From Chrysomallon squamiferum (Eukaryota; Animalia; Mollusca), in NCBI GenBank assembly GCA_012295275.1, contig CM022679.1:16554001-16618000 (forward strand): a DNA stretch of 64,000 nucleotides, read 5' to 3'. The notes beneath the pieces were generated by a model. It did no database searches and was not told the DNA's origin. It worked only from the letters and a program-made list of their open reading frames with translations. This document shows positions 57,289-64,000 of this stretch, piece by piece. Position 1 is the first letter of the stretch. Each line of letters opens with the position of its first letter. The translations under genes and the position numbers were made by a program.

Positions 57289-59552
57289 ATGTCGGTGCTC
57301 ACGTTGGAGGCCAAATTGGAACGGGCCGATACGACAACGCCATGGGGTTTTCGAATGCAGGGAGGAAAGGATTTTGCGAGTTCACTGACCATCCAGCGTG
57401 TAAGTAGAAACTTTTCTTGTCACCCTATCTTTTTATTACTTACAGAAGTTTACTGAAGATCGCTGCCTTCGCCGTGTGTGAGGGGAGGCCTGCTTCTTTT
57501 TTTTTTAAAAAAAAAAAAAAAAAAAAAATCAAGTTTAAATAAATCTTTCAGGTTACTGTTTAATGATTCTAGGTGACAAACAACTTTCTGCAGGTGTGAT
57601 ATTACAGCGGTCAGCAGAACGCTCGGATTTAGTTCAAACTTTTTTTGTTACTGTTGTCGTAATTTAAATAGTAATACAAATTAAATTTTAAAATTAATAT
57701 TTTCGTTCTTTTCTTTTCTTTCTTTCCTGAAAGAAAGAAAAATGTTGGAAGTTGCTGAATTTCTCTTTTTGTTATTTTCAGTAATGCTATACAAGTTCAT
57801 CACTATTTCAAAACAACAAAATCTAAATAATATTAATATTAATCTACCTTTCAACAAAAAAAAAAAAAATAATAAGAAAGAAAAAAAAAAAAAAGAACTG
57901 TCTGATTATGCTTAAGAAATAAAAACTTGATAATTTAAAAATTTTCAGTAAACAAAAAATTAATGTTATTTGTCTTGCTTAAAAAAAGAAGAAAAGTTTG
58001 TTAACTTGTTGAGTGGGTCAAGATACCCTGACAGAAAAATGTTTGTTGTATCCAACCCTAACAAGGATGTCAAATACAGAATATACTGAATGGTTTAAAT
58101 GTATAATATAGCCATATAAGGAAATGACATTAAAATACCAGATAATTACGATTATTTAAATTATTTTCACTTTTATGCTGAAATGAATGTTGTTATCATT
58201 TCAGTTAAATAAGAGAATAAAATGAGCTGAGAAATGGATTGTACATCTTTCCAAAACTCAATAAGTAAATAAATAAGAACCATAAATAGTAAGTTTAAAT
58301 TATTTAAATTAAGGGGAAATGTTGGAACATTTTGTTTGTTGACTTTTGTCTCTAGTGTTTTATATATCAGCTGCTTAGTTCATTGTTTTTCTTTGATGTC
58401 CAACCACTTAGATCAGACACTGCAGGGGGTCACTCTAAGATACCCATACAAGTGTTACATTGTAATAACTTGTTACATATTAATTATTAAAGCTATTTAC
58501 TTTGTCAAAATAGTTAATGTGATTATGCTTTAAGTAGATACTTTGTATTGTTAGTGTTCTAATATAAACAAGTTAAGTGGTTTTATTCAATGCAGTTGTT
58601 ATTGTAATACTTTGTGAAATACATGCTGGGTGGATTTATCAACTATTAAAGATTACTTTAAGTAGGCACTATGTATTACATTATGTATTATTACAGTTAT
58701 GTGGTATTATTCAATATAGTTGTTATTCCAAGTAGTTTTACTACTTTTGTTATATTTGCTGGGTGGATTCATCAGTACATTTTAAATGTAAAGTTATAAC
58801 TGTTACTTTGGAATGCATTCTGAATTTTTCTGGATTTTTATTGTATATTTTTTTTATTAAATTTAATTTTCATTATTTATTAAAATTTATTACTTTTATT
58901 GACATCATTATTTTTGTTTATTTATTTATTTATTTATTTATATATTTATTTTATAACAAAAAATTAATTTAATTTAGTATGTAACCAAAGTTAATTAGAG
59001 CAGAAGACTATTACTAAAATTATTAAACACTTTGTGTCATTTAAACTTAAAAATTATTTAAAACATTCCTTTAATGTACACTGTTTGATTATCAGCAAAG
59101 TTAAACATTATCAGCTTGGTTTAATAACTGATACAGAATGACCTTGAATTCAAGAATGCTGAAAGGAAAGAAAAAAAAATGGTTTCAGAAGAGATTCCAC
59201 TCCCACATTATTTTGCCTGACAGTGTTGCCAAAAATACTCTTTTTTTTATCCACGAAGACGTGTATCGCTTGTATTCTGTGTTTTCATGTACAGTGAAGC
59301 ATTTCTCTAACACAGAACTGGCAACCTTTTATGGTAGCTAGCAGATTCCCTTCATACTCTTCTCTTTCATCTTCCTAACAACCTGTCTCCCCTTTTCCAG
59401 GTAACTCCAGGCAGTCTGGCAGCCAAGTGTGGATTGCAGCCGGGAGATGTCATTCTGAAAATAGGGAATACAAGTACAGACATTTTAAAGCACAAAGAGG
59501 CTCAGGATTATATTGTATCCAGTGGTAACCGATTAGATCTTCTGCTGCAGAG
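57289..59552 (+). CDS. Second PDZ(-LIM) Zasp/ALP/Enigma-family gene, partial (exon 1 57289-57399, exon 2 59401-59552; presumably continues beyond the window)
   Basis: Reads MSVLTLEAKLERADTTTPWGFRMQGGKDFASSLTIQR|VTPGSLAAKCGLQPGDVILKIG...LKHKEAQDYIVSSGNRLDLLLQ. Same intron positions and the same 152-nt exon 2 as the upstream PDZ-LIM gene. Confidence 0.88.
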
Positions 59553-59695
59553 GTAACTTGGTGACTACATAATATGAAAAATAACAAATATTTTTTTGTA
59601 TTCTTTTAATAGAAATAACTTGATAAAAATAACATACTTTAGAATCTCCTGAGGCAGTTACACAAGTTATAAAAAGTAATTGCTTCTGGAAATTT

Positions 59696-59727
<32 letters not shown>

Positions 59728-59866
59728 TGTATGTATGTATGTATGTATGTGTGTGTGTGTGTGTGTATATATATATGAATATATATCTGTGTGAGCGTAT
59801 GTATGTATGCATTTTATATAAACAGAGAGAGATATGGTAACTACAGCTGTAGAGGCTGACAACAAA

Positions 59867-59914
<48 letters not shown>

Positions 59915-61889
59915 TATATATTAATAACATGTCCAGTAGCTGAGAAGTATTTACAGTCTGGCATTTTATCACCAGCACTGTGCCTATCTGTACTGCTGGT
60001 ATCCTGTATTTATATGTTTACTTTCACCATAGACAATACTTAAAATATCCTATATGTACACATGTAATAAAAGATTTTGCTTCATCTTGACAGTCAACTT
60101 GTTATTGTCAAACATAGCAAATGTATTCAGTTCATTGTCTTGTATAGTCCAACTTTTATTCTCTGCAATATTACAAAAAAATGTGTTAAACAAGATTCTT
60201 GTATTGCTCTTTTATTAATAACTGTTAAGGTGCTGATGAATTTCTAAAAGAACCATCTATTATTATGGTGTAAATAACTTTCATACTGATAATGCAGTGA
60301 GTGCAAATTGTTGTTATTAATAAAAAACATATCTGTTACATTCAAAAGCAAGAGGGAGAAAGTTTGGTGAGCATCCTGGATCAAAGTATTCATAATGTTG
60401 TAATGAGTGCAAGAAGAAAGAACCTGAAATACTGTGAAATATGGTTATTTCCCATTCCAATAGGCACTGCATTTTTATTTTTTATTTTTTGTAATTGTAA
60501 GCTTAGAAAATTTTGGAGGGAAAATGTTATTAAAAGGTCAAGAATATGTAACTTTTACAGTATAGAGCAGTTCACAGGATCACAAAATATGTTTTACTCT
60601 TTTTTTTCTACTTTAAAAAACCCAGAAGTAGCCAATACTTTTAAAATTTCTTTGCTTCAGAATGCAGTGCTCATATACCATGCTGTTGATTATTTTTTAT
60701 TTGGTTTTACAGTTAGATAACACGAGTTCATGTGGTACACGAAAGGTTGTCAAGACTCAAATATGTTATGTCAAATTTGATTTACTGTTATTGCATAACT
60801 TCATATCAGTTTTAACCAGAGTGCTAATGAAGTGTCAAACCACATTTATAATGAATGGAATCAGTTTTTTTGTCCTAGATATGTTTATGAAATAGGTATA
60901 GCTGAATTAATGGTAAGGAAAATATTTATATACATACATACATATATATTGTATAACCTTGAGGGAAAAAAAGAAGGTAAGAACAACCATGAAAAAGGAG
61001 ATATGAACATTTTGAATTAAATATGTGGAAATTTATTCTTTTCCTAAAGTTCAAAAAATGTTCATGAAAATTAATTCGACCTATTTTAGAAACATATTTA
61101 GGGCAAAATATACCTGATTTGATTCATTATAATTGTACTTTGTATTTATTTTTTTATGTTTATGTATTTTCTCAGTAGTAACAGCCAGTGTAATTTGTGT
61201 GATGTGGTGTTCGTTTATTCATTCTCATTCTATTGAATTTTTTGTAATTCAGTTTTTACTGGTCACATAACATGGTAGTTACATCATATAGTTAGTTGTT
61301 TAACTTACTCATAGCATGTGCAGTAACATGTTTTCACATGTCATGGTACTCATATCAAAGATAACTGACACGAGAGTGGTTGGATAATGTCTTTACATTC
61401 ATTATCCAGTCAGAAATGCTGACGTGGTCAAACATCTTTTCCAGGTTGTGCCAGAACTGCCATTCCACTTTGGCAAGTCGTGTGTTTGCCTTTTGTTTAT
61501 GAAATATAAAGCTTCAGATCTATCTACAGCTGGGTGCAGAATGCATGTATATTCTTTAGTTGCCTAGCAACAGGAAACCACATTTAGTTTTTCTGTAAGG
61601 GAACCTGCAGTGATATCTGAGCATAACAAGTAAAGTGGTGTAGTATTAGAATGTCTAATGAGATTAGAGGTGTTTTGTGATAGGTACTCCACCAGGTACA
61701 CAGCTGATGTTGCGGTACCAGGTGTAACACCTATACTGGTCTTGTGTTAAAATAGTGTTTAACAAGATACAAGGTTTTCTGATAACTGCTTTACCAGATA
61801 CTGACATATAGTACCTAAATACAACAAGTAAAATGGTGTTGTATTAATGCTGAGATACAAGTGTGTAAACTAACAACTGTTCTAATAGA

Positions 61890-62337
61890 AGTTGAGATAA
61901 ACAGTTATAGTAGATATGGAGATAAACAGTTATAGTAGATATTGAGATAAACAGTTATAGTAGATATGGAGATAAACAGTTATAGTAGATATGGAGATAA
62001 ACAGTTATAGTAGAAATGGAGATAAACAGTTATAGTAGATATGGAGATAAACAGTTACAGTAGATATGGAGATAAACAGTTACAGTAGATATGGAGATAA
62101 ACAGTTAAAGTAGATATGGAGATAAACAGTTATAGTAGGTATGGAGATAAACAGTTATAGTAGGTATGGAGATAAACAGTTATAGTAGGTATGGAGATAA
62201 ACAGTTATAGTAGATATGGAGATAAACAGTTACAGTAGATATGGAGATAAACAGTTACAGTAGGTATGGAGATAAACAGTTACAGTAGGTATGGAGATAA
62301 ACAGTTATAGTAGGTATGGAGATAAACAGTTATAGTA
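61890..62337. repeat. 25-bp tandem repeat (GGAGATAAACAGTTATAGTAGATAT), about 18 copies
   Basis: Seen directly. Confidence 0.95.
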
Positions 62338-63404
62338 TTGGCTGTTTAAAGAAGTGTTTTGCATCTCCATTAATATGAATGTAAATCCTTGAACCTGCTT
62401 TTGCATCTTTCAGTGAGGTTTATGAAGAAATAATAAATTCACATTGTAATTTTTTCTTTTTTTGATTATCCCTTCCAAAAAAGTATAAAAAAATAATAAT
62501 AATAAAATGTGTCTGTAATTTTAAAAGAAACTTTTATTTTTTAATTATTTGTTTTCATTTTATGTTATTTCATTATATTTTATATTATTACTCTCAGAAA
62601 GAAAGAAGGATAGGTTGTCAGTAACAAAGAAAAAGTAACTTAGAAGTGTGTTCAGGTAGATTACTTCTACCTCTACAGGTACATTTAAAGAATGTTGTTG
62701 TTGGGTGTCCAGCTCTGGTTTCAATTTAATATGTATTAAAATGAAAACAACATACCACAGCGAGGATATGCATGTGAAAAAAAAACAAATATAAAAATAA
62801 TTAAATACTTTATTATTACAAAGCTTTGTATGGCTGATGTTATGACCTGGTCATGTATTAGAATGTTGAAAATGAAGAACAGTCACACAGGTAAATTATG
62901 TCATAATTACAAATGTTTGTGTTTTAACTGAGAGCTGGTTATATCTGGACAAATGAACTGTTTAGTCAAATGAGGTTTGTACATCAAAGCTATTCACACT
63001 GGATGAAAATGCAGTTTTTTATACCACAAAGAAATAACATGTGGTTTTATTTTACTACAATATGAAACAACAAGACAAAGATGGGCCAGGTATTCACATG
63101 ACCACTGGACACATTTTGTCTGCCACCGAATGTTCTCTGTGTGTGTCAGTCTGTTGTGTTTCTCTTGTTTGCATTATATGCTCTTTCTTGTGAAGTTGGA
63201 GAGCCTATCATCATGTTTTCATTGAAGTCTACCTAAAGAGAGGTTGCTGGGGTCAGCTGTACATTAACACAAGATGAGTAATAACAGAAACCTGAGATCA
63301 CATTTAATTTTATTTTGAGATAACTTATAATTTAATGTTGTCTTCAGTATGATTTAAATGATGTTAACCATAACATAAAATTAGATCAGCTTTAATTTAT
63401 ACTT

Positions 63405-64000
63405 GAGGTCAGATATATAATTAACATGGGTCAGCTACAAGTTAACCTTGAGGTCAGCTATAAAATTAACAAAGGTCAGCTAGTAAATTAACATGGGTCA
63501 GCTAGTAAATTAACATGGGTCAGCTATAAAATTAACAAAGGTCAGCTAGTAAATTAACATGGGTCAGCTAGTAAATTAACATGGGTCAGTTAGTAAATTA
63601 ACAAAGGTCAGCTAGTAAATTAACATGGATCAGCTATAAAATTAACAAAGGTCAGCTAGTAAATTAACATGGGTCAGCTAGTAAATTAACAAAGGTCAGC
63701 TAGTAAATTAACATGGGTCAGCTAGTAAATTAACAAAGGTCAGCTAGTAAATTAACAAAGGTCAGCTAGTAAATTAACATGGGTCAGTTAGTAAATTAAC
63801 AAAGGTCAGCTAGTAAATTAACATGGGTCAGCTAGTAAATTAACATAGGTTAGCTAGTAAATTAACAAAGGTCAGCTAGTAAATTAACATGGGTCAGCTA
63901 GTAAATTAACAAGGGTCAGCTAGTAAATTAACATGGGTCAGCTAGTAAATTAACATGGGTTAGCTAGTAAATTAACAAAGGTCAGCTAGTAAATTAACAT
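63405..64000. repeat. 22-bp tandem repeat (GGTCAGCTAGTAAATTAACA[TG/AA]) running off the window end
   Basis: Seen directly. Confidence 0.95.

Noticed and set aside
60301-60720. 139-aa ORF, and similarly 31402-31743 and 24603-25163
   Set aside because: No recognisable domain, non-ATG start or microsatellite content, and intronic or UTR location.

Overview
AT-rich, microsatellite-dense animal genomic DNA with GT-AG spliceosomal introns. An invertebrate source, plausibly a mollusc or other lophotrochozoan, is an inference from composition and CpG pattern. Left part (1-27 kb): a tandem cluster of at least five TMEM26-family membrane-protein genes. The four complete copies share three coding exons with phase-2 and phase-0 introns. 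Copy A (minus) is cut by the window edge, B (plus) is head-to-head with A, and C, D, E are on the minus strand. The cluster also holds a frameshifted partial copy of B's last exon, a 1-nt frameshift in C, a probable C/D gene-conversion tract and a degenerate palindrome between A and B. Right part (31-64 kb): a complete 9-exon PDZ-ZM-LIM gene of the ALP/PDLIM type (about 362 aa) and the first two exons of a tandem PDZ paralog. The most notable points are (i) a near-identical 14-bp MTF-1-type metal-response element just upstream of both PDZ genes, and (ii) a 7 x 64-bp tandem amplification of the splice acceptor and start of the last LIM exon, in which only the final copy completes the LIM domain. 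All gene models were spliced by eye and no database searches were run.
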